Assembly: GCF_009914755.1 (NCBI RefSeq)
Contig: NC_060926.1
Length of the DNA stretch: 64,000 nucleotides
Strand: one strand, 5' to 3'
From: the human T2T-CHM13v2.0 reference genome, Homo sapiens
Below are positions 15,011 through 29,771 of the stretch, one piece after another. Below the pieces are notes generated by a model. It was not told the DNA's origin. It worked only from the letters and a program-made list of their open reading frames with translations, and did no database searches. The translations under genes were made by a program, and so were the position numbers. Within the stretch, counting starts at the first letter, position 1. Every line of letters begins with the position of its first letter.

Positions 15011-15428
15011 CATTAATATAAAGGTACGATATATGCACCCTTATAAGCCAGTGAAAGAGAAAATAAATCACACTACTTTACAACTGCAGACCTTCACAAT
15101 TCAGGATACAATCTTAACAGTTTTGAAGAACTGTTTTTCCCAAAGAAGTAAAAAATATTTTTATATTTAAATTTTGTTTAATTATTATAATTTTACATAT
15201 CTAGAAATAAACTAATCAAGTCCAAGGTAACATTCAGTGAAAGGAAACTTTATATAAATCTAAAACCGGTTCTGCTCCCTTCAGGCACACTGGTTATACC
15301 ATGTAAGAGTAATGTATCAGAGACGCCCACCTTTGGAATTCTACTCTGCAATATTATCCATAGTATAGGCCTGGCCTATTTATAAAACAAAACACTTTTT
15401 GTGTGTCTCCAAATGTATTTTTAAATTT

Positions 15429-15510
15429 AAAAAAAAAAAAAAAGGAAAGGAGGGAAGGGAAGAGAAGGGAAGAGAAGGGAAGGGAAGGGAAGGGAGGGGA
15501 GGGGAAGGGA
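15429..15510. repeat. A tract followed by a (GGGAA)n-type purine repeat
   Basis: Directly visible. Confidence 0.85.
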
Positions 15511-16499
15511 GATTAGGAGTCTGCAAACCTTGCCTCTGCCACTTCCTATCTCTGTAATTTTAATCAAGTAATACAGTCTTTCTTTTAACTCTTGAATGAA
15601 GACACTAACATCTTCTATACCTATGAACATATAAGGAAATGATGAGAGAGATGATTACTGAAATTACCAAAATTCAATAATATCTTGACATGCTGGAATA
15701 ATAGGTCAAAATTGAGATTTACATAGGGATGGAGACAATATCCTGAAAAAAATGTGCAATTATTTTTTTCCTTACAATTACAGACAAACTTGGTTTACAC
15801 GTACTTCATAAGAAAGCATTATAAAAGGATTTTATTGATTATAAGCTAATGAGCTCACTATCATTGAAAATGCTCAAGAGGAGATTATACAGATGATCAT
15901 CTAACAAAGATTTTAAAAATGAATCCTACTCTAGGTGAGAGTGTTATCTGAAACTTCAGTTCATTCAGCAAGTATATACAGAAGACTTAGTATGTGCCCG
16001 GCACAAGGCTAGAATCCAGAATCCAAGCCAACTGATCCCTATTGCCCCCAGAGATTCCTGGATTGTGGAACACTAATAATGTAATGTAATTGACCTGGTA
16101 GATTATCCCTAAGCAGGGCACCTAACATATATCTATTATGGGAAGAGAAGACTCTTGCAGCTGAGTCTTCAAAGATATGTTATTTGAAGCTAGCTATTTA
16201 AAGATTAAGGAAAAGAGATATGCAGGAAGATTGAACATCTATCTCATGTAAAGACCAAAGTCAGGTAAGAAAAAGAAAGACATTGTACAAAACTAAAAAA
16301 AAATTAAGTGTGGTCAAAGCACAGAGTATGAGATGGAAAGGATTAGAGGCATGATTAGAGAGGTGGTCCAGCTGTATAGTACCTCAGGGTCCCATTTAAA
16401 TCAGTATCTGAAGAGTGAGGGGTATTCATGGAATGGTTTTAGGAGTAAGATAATTTGATTAGCCATTTAGCATTATTGCTTCCACCTATGAAAAGGGGA

Positions 16500-17960
16500 A
16501 CTTAATACATGATGAAAAAATGTTAAAAAGCTTTGGGAAAAGAAAAGATGATTAATAAGTGGTGCTAGTATGAATGGATGGTCATTGGATAAAAAATCAA
16601 ATTCCTATCCTAAAAAAATAAATTGTGCTATGTCAAAAACCCAAGTGTGTAAAGTAAAACATAAAAATGACTACATGAGGCCGGGTGCGGTGGCTCACAC
16701 CAGTAATCCTAGCACTTTAGGAGGCTGAGGCAGGAGGATCACCTGAGGTCAGGAGTTCGAGACCAGCCTGGCCAACATAGTGAAACCCCGTCTCTGCTAA
16801 AAATACAAAAATTAGCTGGGTGTGGTGGTGGGCACCTGTAATCCCAGCTACTCTGGAGTCTGAGGCAGGAGAGTCACTTGAACCTGGAGGCAGAGGTTGC
16901 AGTGAGCCAAGGTCGAGCCACTGCAATCTAACCTGGGTGACAGAGTGAGACACCACCTCAAAAAAAAAATATATATATATTAACTCGACGAAAAAATATT
17001 CAGGACAGAGAGGGAAAAATTCTTAAATAAGACACACAAAAGTACAAAACTAGATTTAACTAAATTAAAACAAAAATATTCTGTATCATAAGAAACACTA
17101 TAAACAAAGTTAAAGCAAGTCACAATTACTGAGAAAAGATAATTGCAATGTTTACAGTTGCAAAAAGATAGCTATCAATACCATATAAAGGATTCTTACA
17201 AGTCATTTTAAAAAATGCAAACAATGCAACAGAATAATACAGGTAATTCACAAAGAAGAAGTAAGAATGGACAGAAGCAAATAAAAAGATGCTCAACCTT
17301 ACAAATAATCAAGGTAATGCAAATGAACACAGTAATTAAATCTCATTACACTCACCACATTGGCAAAAACTTTAAATTCTGAAAATACCAGCTGTTGATG
17401 AGAAAGTGTGGAAATGGAGACGCATATAGTGCTGGTGGGCACAACCACTTTGGAGAGCAATTTGGCAATACCTAGTAGAACTGAACATGCACCTGTCTAC
17501 AGCCAAGCAATTCTACTTCTAAATACATACAATAGAGAAACCCTTGCACACAGGCACAAGAATGTATATTATAGTGTGGTCTTTAATGATGGAAATTGAG
17601 AAATTCTCAGTTTTCTTCAATGGGTAAACAAAAAATTGTGGTACATGCATACAATGAAATAAAATTAAAATAAGTGATTTATATTTATTCATATGGATTA
17701 ATCAAAAATGTCAAACGAAAACAAGTTGCAGAGATAGACATACAATATATTTTTAAATAAATCATTAGGACACATTATAGTATTATATGTGTAAAGGCAT
17801 AAAAACATGGAAAGAAAGGATACTCACCAACCTCAGAACAGTGTTTCCCTCACAGCAGGAAAAAGGGGAAATAAAATGGGATTGAGAACAAAGACACAAA
17901 GCGGAAGCAATCATGTATGAACAATCTCTTCTTTCTTAAAAAAAAAAAAAGTTAGTTCTC
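16500..17960 (+). mobile_element. Old L1M (ME/MC-like) 3' region fragments, interrupted by an Alu
   Basis: aaaagatgctcaacctt...caaccactttggagagcaatttggcaata...gcaattctacttcta, degenerate L1 ORF2 end and 3' UTR. Confidence 0.7.
16679..16969 (+). mobile_element. AluSx-like
   Basis: ggccgggtgcggtggctcac...cacctgaggtcaggagttcgagaccagcctggccaaca; A tail followed by (TA)n. Confidence 0.92.
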
Positions 17961-18004
17961 TAACTGTTTGGAATTACTTCACGGTGAGAATCCTAGTATT
18001 ACAT

Positions 18005-18355
18005 TCAACAACATGGATAAACTTCCAAAACAGGCTGAGTGAAAGAAACCAGATGCAAAAGGTCACATACTATATGATTCCATTTTAATGAAATATCCAT
18101 AATAGGTAAATCCATACAAACAGAATGCAGATTTGTGGTTGCGAGGGGCCGAGACGGAGAAGAGAATGGAGAATGTCTATTCAATGGGTATAGAATTTTC
18201 TTTGGGGGCAATGAAAATGTTTTGAAACTAGACAAAGGAGATGGTGGTACAACACTGTGGATGCACTTATGTCAGTAAATTGTAAATGCCAGTAAATTGT
18301 AGATTTGGGAATGGCTAATTTTATGCTTAATGAATTTTATCTCCTTAATAAAAAC
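18005..18355 (+). mobile_element. L1MB-type 3' end
   Basis: gagtgaaagaaaccag...catactatatgattccattt...gtggttgc...aaaatgttttgaaactag. Confidence 0.75.
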
Positions 18356-18399
18356 ATGTAAGCATACAACACCTCTAGGAGTAGAAAACTACTAAAAAT

Positions 18400-19030
18400 A
18401 GAGTACCAGTGAGGAGAGTCTCAAAGTAATTATGTAAGAGATGATTTGACCTGAGCTGTTGCAATAGCAGAGAAGTTTTGAAAAGTGGATAAATCCAAGA
18501 GTTGTTCTTCCCAAAGGACTTGGTACCCAACTGGATGAGGAGAGAGAAATAAAGAGGAGCCAAAGAAGAGCTAAGATATCTTATTTTCTAGTACAGGAAG
18601 AGTATATTCTATTTCCAGGGAAGGAAAACATGAGAGAAGAAGCAAGTTTAAGAGGAAGAGTATTCACTTGTTTTGGAATCTGCTGAGTTTGAGATGTCTA
18701 TGGACCGTATAAATGAAGATATCCAACAGGCAGCCCAGTATACAGATCTAGCCTAGACTTACATGCACACTGCAATTGAGGCCGTGGAGGTAGATGAGAT
18801 CATCCTGGCAGTAAAATGAAAACAAGAAGTTCTAGGACAAAACCCTAAGGAATACCAACACTCAAATCCTACAACAGAACCTTTAAGAGGCAGAAGTCAA
18901 GAAAGTATTTCAAGAAGGAAAAAGTAGTCAAAATGTCTAAAACTGCTCAGACATCAACACAAAGACTCAAAAGTAGGTCTTCAGGAATAAGGTGGTCTTC
19001 AGAGACTTTAGTTGAGAGCTATTTCCTGCC
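18400..19030 (-). mobile_element. L2 fragments
   Basis: tgctgagtttgagatgtctatgga...gtagatgagatcatcc, L2 in reverse. Confidence 0.55.
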
Positions 19031-20569
19031 AAGCTGCAGAAAAGTAAAGTAGGAAAATAGTTCAAATGTTTAAAACCCAATATCTTTACTGGTAGTGATA
19101 TAGATACCAATAAAATCAGAGAAGCTCTAGAAAGGACTATGGCTAAAGAATAAAGAGATATCCAACCCTCATGAGAGTCACAAGGAGCCACTTCCCACAG
19201 AAATGAAAACTACACTAGCACTTCTCAAATGTTTCCACCAGAGATACCCAACATGCAAAAGAAAGTAATTGTACAGCCTTTGCCATCTCAGGGTAAGAAT
19301 ATCTGAGGCGTATAATTTGTTCTTAAAAATTCATGCACATTATGTATTCTACTCATAAATACAGGAGTGTTTATTTTAATATAAGAATGTTTTTCCCATA
19401 TTTTCAATTAAAGTTAACGTTCCAAAAAGGTGTTCCATGTTTATCATGCAACTTCCCATATGGCCCTCCCACAATCCCCACACATCCCATATGCATATAT
19501 GCATCTTATACTCCCACTTTGAGAAATATGGAGGAGGTCCATCATTCCACAAGAGTGATTGCCCCTAGAAATCCCTTTTAGAAATCATTTGCCACGACAC
19601 AATACCCATAAGCCCCTACATGATGTGTAATCATTTCTTCTTTCAATTTTTCTTAAAATTACATCCTTCAACTTTAAAAGTATGTTTCAGATATCATGGA
19701 ACTTGGCGGGTAAATCTGTATTGAAGAGACTTTCATTACGACTCCTCTTTGTCTTTCTTGACTAAAGAGTCAATTAATTTATAAAGTACTTTATACATGG
19801 AGGTTGACCCAATACCTTTAAATATTTAGTCATTTTTCTCTGAACCTCTTCTATATCTTTCCCAAGGTGCAGGCATGGTTTTGTAAAGGGCCCCTTAGGC
19901 TTCTGGGACAAAGGCAGATTTCGCCTAAATGAGGTCATTAAAACAAAACATCAAGTTCCCAGTGCCCTAAGATTCCAAGCCAATGACCTACAGAGTGTTC
20001 CAGCTGATCTTAATTTCCTTGGCACAGCACAGTAAGACTACTGTAATATAATGCAAAATAGCTCTAAAGAGAAACTAGATACTGGCTAGAGTCTTGCCAA
20101 TACACAGTTAAATAATACCAAAGTAGCCCTTTCATCTGAATACTGTGTTTCACACGCATATGTCACCCTTCCCAGGAATGAAAGTAATCTTCCACTGTGA
20201 ATGTGGGTTGATTGAAAAGCTTTTACTGGACTCAGCCCTATAAAGTATGCATGCTTTTTAACTGGCATACATGGGCTGCTAAGACTGAAAATGCTTACAA
20301 GGGAACCAAAGAGACAAAGAACAGAACCCATTCTGACCAAGGGTAATCCAAATTTAGAATGTGCTTATAGTGGTAAATCAATACTCAAACATTTATCCTG
20401 ACCAGGCTCTTTTTTAACATCAAACAATATCAGACTCTTCCTGGAAAATAAACTAAATTTCACTTTTCAAAGTTTCTTTACACATTTGATATCATTTATA
20501 TTAAAATATCAGTACGTTTCCAAATATTCTCTCCCTTAATAACAATGACTTCCCAGCTCTTTATCCATT

Positions 20570-20820
20570 CATTTCTCCATTTATTTATTCTTTCATTCAG
20601 CAAAAATTTACTGAGGGCCTGTGAAGTGCTAGGCATAATTCTACATGCTAGAGATTGAATAAATAAAGCTTACTCAATTAACAAATAGTTCCTGTCTTCA
20701 CAGAGCTTATGTTCTACTGGGAAAAGGCAGTAGATGAATGCATATATATGTGAACATAACACATGTCAGATAATAATAAATGCTAGTTAGAAAAATTAAT
20801 CTGAGCGAGGGAGAAGAGGA
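20570..20820 (-). mobile_element. L2 3' end
   Basis: cattcagcaaaaatttactgagggcc...gttcctgtcttcacagagcttatgttctactggg. Confidence 0.65.
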
Positions 20821-21386
20821 AGCACACAGGTGGTGGAAGGCAATGTTAATCTTTGAACTCCATCAGAGCTAAAATAATCTTTAATAATCTGTTAACCAGC
20901 AAATCAGTTAAGGACCTCATATAATACAACTGAAAATGACAAATTAGAAACCATCTGACTTGATAAAGATTTGTCACCCAGATTCATTCATTTTATCAAT
21001 TTCTGGATAGTTTCAACAAAGCTTTACCATCAACAAAGCTTTACCATTAGCCATTAATGATTTTTTACCCTTCAACTTAAATGTACTTTGTTCAAATTAA
21101 TACACTCGGAAAATGTGTTAATTTTATCATACCTTGGCCAAACCAAAAGTACGAGGCTTCTGCATGATTGCTTTCCAATTTTTTTCCTAAGATGCTTTTG
21201 TCTTATAATGTGTCTTATATATATGTTCATCAAAAGTTTAAGGCTTCAGATTTAGTTTCTAAAGAAAAATGTCAGCCATATAATTGGAAAGTTAATCCTC
21301 ACTCTCAAAAGCAATTGGCCAAATCAGACTTATATTTTATCAAATAAAGCCCAACTTTACTTTTCAATTCAAATTAGTTACATTTT

Positions 21387-21677
21387 GGCCAGGCACAGTG
21401 GCTCACACCTGTAATCCCAGTACTTTGGGAGGCCGAGGCGGGCAGATCAACTGAGGTCAGGAGTTCAAGACCAGCCTGGCCAACATGATGAAACACCATC
21501 TCTACTAAAAATGCAAAAATTAGCCAGGTGTGGCGGCGAGTGCCCATAATCCCAGCTACTCAGGAGGCTGAGGCAGGAGAATCGCTTGAACCCAGGAGGT
21601 GGAGGTCGTAGTGAGCTGAGATCACCCACTGCACCCCAGCCTGGGCAAAAGAGCGAGACTCCCTCTAAAAAAAAAAG
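21387..21677 (+). mobile_element. AluS (Sx/Sq-like)
   Basis: Full dimeric Alu with an A tail. Confidence 0.92.
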
Positions 21678-22421
21678 CAAACAAAGTTAAATTTTGAGAA
21701 AAAAAAATTTAAAACACTGAAAAATAAATTATGAATTGTATCTTAGAAGAGAAATAGCTGAAAGCAGTCAAAATTAAAGTAATACATTGATGGTGCCTAT
21801 CTCATATCAACTAGGAACAAAGCAAAGTAACCCCTTATATATCCCAGTAGCCAATGCCTCGTTCATGCCTTGGACAAATGGAAAAAAAAAAAAAAGAAAA
21901 AAAGTTAAATTAATACAGGACTAAGAGTTCTGGGGAGTATGATGAAGTGCTAGGAAGTACATAGAATTCCTTTGGCAATTGTGTTACTGTACATTTTCAC
22001 CATTGGGTTTCAGCTTTTGGATATAACTAAATAAAAATCAAGTATAAAATTAGAAATAGTTCTATTAAATGTAGTAGTCACCATGACAAATATTTCTTAT
22101 GTTTTTCAGGAATGCAAACGGTACATGCACATTAAAAAATAAATAGTCCAGTAGCTGGCATATCATTTTTTAGGTATTAGAAAATATTAAAATATTTTAT
22201 GATAAAATAGGATGGGAATTGACTGGAATTGGAATAAAGAGTTTATCGTATGATTTGCCAAAATAGTAAGTACAATATTGAATAACACACACAAAATTTG
22301 AAAGAAATCATGTATATGTTTTATTCTTGAGTTTTAACCAATTTATCTTGAAAACTTTGGTAGTCCCCAAAATGATTTCTATTAACATTTTAAAAGATCA
22401 GTTACTAACTATGGCAGATAC

Positions 22422-22805
22422 TGTGGCACAACATCCAAACCCACCTCCTTCAAGACTGAAGCACTCATTCTCCCAGCTGTTAGAGTATCAGCCACTAAGA
22501 CTTGTGGCTAAGGCCTCCTTGACTGCCATTGCACTATGCTAAAGAAAGCTGCCATGCCCAAGTTCTGACATTTCCTAGACAGCCCAGCACCTGTGCCCTA
22601 ATTCTGAACAATTCTGTAGGGCCAATCCAGCTCCAGAGCTCTCCTACGGGATCAACTGGACCTTTGCTGTGGCTGTGCTGCAGCCCAACTTCTCCCTGTG
22701 TCCATTCCTACAAGTATTGTTTCCACGGGCTCTCCCCAGCAAACTTCCTGAAGGCAAACCTGTGCTCCAAGTCTACTTCCCAGGTAACTTCACCAGCAGC
22801 ACTAA
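22422..22805 (+). mobile_element. LTR16-family (ERVL) LTR
   Basis: gggccaatccagctccagagctctcc...caacttctccctgtgtcc...aaacttcctg...agtctacttcccagg resembles LTR16A/C. Confidence 0.7.
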
Positions 22806-23999
22806 CCTATATCATATCAGGTGTTTGTACGTGCATTTTCTTTCAGCTTTTATAGGATTTCTTTGCATTTATAAATACATATTTATTATATAAATTACAT
22901 AAATTCAGTGCTTTTATAGTATTTCTTTCAGCATCCTATACATATGTATCCAGAATAGCAGATAGTACATTTAAATATATGACAAAAGGCCATTTCAGCA
23001 ATCAATATTTCTCACTGATGCACTCCTTGCTTTGCTCTTAAGAAGTTATCCCTCAAGGGTTATTATATATTCTTTGACAACAGTCAGGACATGGAAGAAC
23101 TGAAGTCAAAAACTGAAAAATGAAAATTGTGATTACTTCATCACACCATCATCTATCTGAATTCAAAATATTTCAACACTGGTCAAAATCCTCATTTCCA
23201 CCATGATTCACCCTTAACAGAAAGAGGCTTAAGACATTAAAAAGGAACTCCTTCTTATTTGTGATGCTTTGATTAATCACTAAAGGAAGCTTTCCCTGTG
23301 TGTGATGCCCTGGATGTTTACACGCCCCAGGGTAATGCACCAAGAGGAGCTTACTGGGAGCACAGGTGGGTTCTCAGGAAGTGAAAACTGATTCTCTTAA
23401 ATCTATGTTTGACAACCCTTGGAAAGTCTCCATGTATTTTCAAAGGGTATATGTCTCCCCACTTCCATCTGATGAACACTGACCTAAATAATTCACCACT
23501 GATATTAATTCTTAATAATTAAAACATTTGCTAGCATATACCTCTTGCTCTGAGAGACTCATACTATAAACCTAACTAATATTTCCACTTAATCTTTTCT
23601 AAAGCTGTGGATCTTATGAACACACAGTAAACTTAAAGAAAGTATAGCAGTTCACTGGGCACTCACTTATAATTATACTATATAAAAAATAATGTATAAA
23701 ATCAGAAATATCTTGATTACACGGATCAAATTTTCATACGTGTTAAATGAAAGCAAAAGATACGTACTTTTAAAATCCACTTAGTCCAGGATCTAGATTC
23801 AATTTTATTTTTGCATTACAAAGAAATAATTGTCAAGAAAAAATTTTAAAAAATAAAAATATAATTTATTTTGGTAAATAGAGTCTGTTAATCAAATTTA
23901 ATTTTATTCTAATTTAATGAAGATGACTGAAAATGATTAGAATAAACATGTCAAAATATAATTTGTTAAATTAGTTTTAACTATGTATCTTCAATAATC

Positions 24000-24730
24000 C
24001 ATTTACTCATTCATTCTTTCCATGAAATAACCCAAGAACAATAAAGCCAAGATAATTCACATAGAGGGAAAAAGAATAAAACAACTAGACCAAATAGATA
24101 AATGAGACAATTCGGATTATGGTAAGTGCAGCCAAGGAAACAAACTGAGAAATGTGATGGGAAAAAAAAATTAAAAAAAAAAAAAAAACAGGCTACATTT
24201 AGGCTGGTCAAAAAAAAAAAAAAAATCTCCTGGATGAGATGACCTTATACTGAAATCTAGAGAATAAAGAGGAATCAGGTATGTCAGGAGCCAGGGAAAT
24301 AGGTTCCAGACTCAGAAAACAGCTACGATAAAGCCTTGGAGATAGAAAAAAAAGTTTGCTAAGTTCACAAATAGATAGGACTGTGGCTGGAGTCTAATGA
24401 ACAAAGGGTAGAATGTACATGAGGTTTAAGAGGTAGCCAGGGACAAAGCCATGGAGAGTCCTGTCAAAGGAAGAAATGTGGATTTCATTCTAAGGTATTA
24501 AAATTTTTTAAACCAGGAAATTACATGCCGCGATTTACCTTTCTGAAAGTTCCCTATAACAAGTGTATGTAGAATGAACCAAGATAAGCTAACACAGAAG
24601 AAAGGAGGCCATTTATGGGGCTCCTGTAGGTGAGAAGACAATGGCTAAATTAGGATGGTGGCAGCAGAGATGGGGAGATGTATATAGATTCAAGCCTACT
24701 TTGATGAAAGATGAAGCAGTACTTAACAAG
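24000..24730 (-). mobile_element. L2 fragments
   Basis: tcattcattc start; tgtggctggagt...tggatttcattctaag...atggtggcagcagagatggggag. Confidence 0.6.
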
Positions 24731-27700
24731 AACAGAAAGTGGACTCCTTAAATTTTGGCTTAAGTAATCAAATAAATGATTTGAGGGTGGAGAAAGATAA
24801 ATTTAGAGAATTCAGAGGTTACGACCACCCCGTACCTATTAAACCAAGTAGAGCCAAATGTGTATTGGACCTATGCCGGCCTCAAGTGGTCACATCTTAT
24901 CTCGTATCCTTATTTCTAAGTTTAGATGCTTGGTCCTGTACTTTAACTTCACCACTTGAGCTGGCTCCTACTAGATGTGATTCCTTTTCTGATTCTTCTT
25001 CTAATATTTGAACTATGACTTTGCTGCAGTTTCTAGTTTAACCAGACCCTTCTGCCCCAATTATTTCCATGAATGTGACTCCTGTGCTCTTTGTCCTATG
25101 ACACCCCAAACATACTCTTTATCACAAAAAAGTGTGGTCACTATATGGGAATACCTGAACAGAGGCTAAGAGGGAGCTTCTAGGGCTAGTGGAACAAAAG
25201 AAACCCTGCTTTCCACGACTCCTGTATCTGCTGCACAGGAGCCATTACTGCTTCTGGAGCCATCAGAATCACTTGCTCTAGGAATACAATAAAATTGTAG
25301 AGCTCTCAGGTACAGAAAGGGTGAGCAACGGGCTGATATAACACCCCTCATCTGTAGTAGGACTGTATTAAAAACTAGGTTTGCTGATTCCTGTTCCAAT
25401 ATCTTTCAGTCACATCATATTGACACATCTTTCCACAGAAGCAATTTTAAAAACGGTACACGCAATGTTGTAAGAGCACTATACTTTGGAGCCATTATGG
25501 ATTTTAAGGCTTTGGCCTGACCACCTAACCACTGCATGTAACAATACGTCTATGGAAAAATGTATGTGAATAAATGGCCAATTTATTAAAGATCTTCTGG
25601 AATACAAGCATTTGTAAGCTGGTTAAGAATATTAAACCTCCTATTTGTGTTTATTTTTTCTGTGGCTTTGAAAAAATGTTAAATGAGTGGGCCAAAGAAA
25701 AGGACAAGAATTAAAGGATGGTCTCCCTATGTCAGTCCTGCCATTTCTCTTCTAAATTAATCCTGAACCCTTTCTTTCTACTCCCTTGCCTTGGCAAAGA
25801 CTTGTGGCCATTCTCTGGGGTCTCCCTTGAGCTGACCTTTATCTGTAATGTCAAAAGGACAATTCTCAGGTCTGCTTACCACCATTGAAATACACATAAG
25901 CATATACTTATACAATAGAGTTTATTACTATTTGACATAAGCTGACGTTTTTTCAAAGCAATATCCATAAGACTGCAGAAATCTTTTTTATATTAATTAA
26001 AATCCACACTTATATTGAACCATGATGACTCCAATTTTCTTTCTCTTGACAGAACATATTATATGCCCCAGGGAAAAACAAACCAGAAGCTGAGATTTCA
26101 ATAACGTTAAAAAGAAAACCCATATTGTAGATAAAGCTTGGACTGCAAATGTACCCTGCAAATTAACCAAAAATTAAAGGCAACCTTCAAACTAGAAATA
26201 AAACCTTGACAAATAGAAGATCTGCTAGGGGATTTAAGTTTTAAAATAGGAAAAGAAAGCTAACTTCTCCTACAATGAAGGTAACTAGCATAAGGTGGGA
26301 AGGAACCTGAGTTGGTAATTCCTGTCATCAGGGGTTAAGGGACCTCAGTAAGACGTAAGCTCAGGAAAATGGACAAGGAAGCTGAGCATCCCTGAAGGGT
26401 GACATCAACTGAAACAACTGCCCAATAAGTATGCTTCACGTACATTAAGTGAATTGAGACAAAGGAGCTGAACACTCTGAACTGGGTACGTTAAGTCAAA
26501 TAAACCAATTGGTGGATCATCATATATCATACAAATATGATTAGAATTAGTTTTTGTGTCCTGTTTGAGATCTTTTTTTTCCCCTAGGACACTAGCTGCC
26601 CCTAGGACATAGTGCCTCCATATGCCATACCTACTAAACCTGTACCTCTTTCTCACATGTTACCACACCCTTGCAGACTGAACAGTGGTCCAGGGCCCAC
26701 TGTCCCCTTGGCCACATCTGATTGAATAGGATCTGGACACACTGGACTAACATACCTCTCCAGATACAGTTCCCAGTCAGTTACCAAGTACTGAACCACT
26801 AATAGGTGGAAAACTTGGGAGCAGCCACTTGAGGCCGCTGGCACTGACATGAAATCAGGGCAAGCAACACTGCAAAGAAATCTCAAAAATGATGTGAATT
26901 TGCAAGGAGAGGCAGAGACTATGTGGTATGTTTGTGGGAGAACAAAAGAGAGAGAATAGAGAAAGTGGTTGACTTGATTTTTGCTGACTTTCTTGCTCCC
27001 AATTTCAGCCTCTCATGAGACCAGTGACCTTTTGGCCTTCAGGTACTACAACACAGCCTTTCAGGCTGGTTCATTTGAGGCTCTGTTTTGTCTGAACAAT
27101 CAATACCTGGCTAAAATACCAACTAAAGGCCATTTGTAACATACTCACCTTTGTCAACAAAACACAACTGTCCTCAGTTTTGAAAGGTCCAATTGCCCCA
27201 GTTTGAAAATGGTAGAGATTAAGAGTAGCACTGATTTGTATACATATCAAAGAGAAAAAAATATAAAAAATCAAATTCCTATAACCTCCCCCAGAACATT
27301 CCTATTCAGTGGGTTTTGCAAGAGGTCCAAGTATCCATATTTTTAATAAGCATCCCTGCTGATTCTGAAGAAGGTGATTTAATGACCACACTTTGAGAAG
27401 CGCAGCTGTAAAGCCTGCTTCAACACTGCTACAAAGATCTGCACGCTTTCAAATTCTCCCAAAAAATTATATTCATCAAGTGACAGCACTCAAAAGTAGC
27501 AAATTGCCGTTGGAAAGATAGATTTGTTTGAAACCCTAATAGGAGAGAGTATTGTTTCTATCATTCTTTCTGCATATATGTTTTGTTTCCAATTAAATGG
27601 GATTTTGTAAAATAGCTCAGAGGGCCTAAATACAATTTATGATGTTGTTTCCATCTAAAAATGAATTTAAACTTCCAAAGAGCTAATTTTCAGACATTTG

Positions 27701-29441
27701 AAAGCTAAGCAGTTTGTAATTTGAGAATTTCATGAGCCATTCCAACTGAGAAAATTCAATTATGAATGGTTTTAGACGATATCAAGGAATTGCTGTTATT
27801 TATGTTAGGGAATAATGGCATTTGGGATATAAAAGAAAATTCATTTTTCAGAGATGAATACAAAACTACGTAGAGATGCAATGATGGGGTGTCCAGGATA
27901 TACTTCAAAATACTTTAGCAAAGAAAATAAAATTTTTAAAAAAGAAATAGATGGAGTAAATGAGGCAAAATCTTGATAATTGCTGAGTCTGGAAAAACTA
28001 CAATATGTACATGGGTTTCTCTTCTTTTACTTCTATGTATACTAGAAAAATAAGTATATGAAATTTCAGTTAATGTAGCAGCCACACAAGATTCCTATAG
28101 GACCACACATACAAGTTCAGCATGTCCAAAGTGGGGTAATTACTGGCATCACAAAGGAATGATATAAGAGGCCCTTTAATTTGGGGACAGAGATCTGCTT
28201 ATCCTTTGAAAGTCCGTGACATGGTAGAGAAAAAAGAAATAAAAGGCCGAGCATATGGAAAACTAATTTTTTAATTATTTGAGATAAATTTTTATTTTTC
28301 TGAGACATACAAAAAAAGGCTTAATTTAATAAAGAATACACTAGAAACAGTGTGGTAAGGGACAGGACACATTGAGACATGATACTCTTTTTGATCTCCC
28401 TTTATTTAAACTGTGGAAGCATGGGCAAATCCCTTCCAGTTTTTGCATACTCTTTTTGTAATCTTAAAATGCAGGTGACATACTCATTTTCTTGTGTTCC
28501 CATGAAATAATATCCTGTGGACCGTAAACCACACACAAAAGCTGGTTATTAATAATACTAATAAATCTTATTTGATAATAAAATCAAATATTTGATAGAT
28601 TTCTCAGACCAATTTTAGGGAGAAGATGGAGAAGAAAGCTAGAAGAAAAAACGTAGTTACATTTCGGGAAGAAATAAAAAGAGGAATTCCAGGTCCTTAG
28701 ATGAATATTAACAAATGGCGTTTGTCTCCCCTGTTCTTCTTGTGTTATGAGGAGAGTTGTAACTAACAACACTGGTACACATGTATTATTATACTACTCT
28801 TATTTACAGTCCTTGCTTTCTTTAGAAATTGTACCTTCCTAAAAAGGGACTGTCAAAGCCTCAAGAAATCCAGATTTCAGGTGCTGGCTGTGCCACATAG
28901 CATTCCTTAAACTCAATTTACGTATCACTAAAGAAGAATATTGGAATAGAAGATCTGAAAAATCCCATCCAACTCAAACATTTCATGACACTGGTTTTCA
29001 TAGCATTTTTTAAATCTCTAAAGCCTTCAGAGGCTTTATTCTTACTTAGTTGTACAACATAGTCCTGGGAAGCAATTAACCAGAGCTACTACACAGGCTA
29101 TGTCCAAGCACAAAAATTACCTAGGGGTCAACAAAAAAGACAAGAACTGATTCTGCTGCAAGAGCTAAATAAAGATTTCTAACTCTTTGCTTTCCTTCAA
29201 ACAATAGGTGTTTAGGGTTCATTACTAACAGATGATTTCCTTATAAATTTAAATCATAAATTAGAAAAAAGAGATTAAGTTCATAATGGAAGTCACTTTT
29301 AATATAAGTAACTTTTCTGGACCATGTATGTAAGGGAAGGTATACTTTAAATTTGCTTTATTAGTAAACACAAAGAAAGATGCCTAGGAAATCTGGCCAT
29401 CATTATAAAAAGAGGGAAAGGGAATAAAGAATATGAATTCT

Positions 29442-29771
<330 letters not shown>

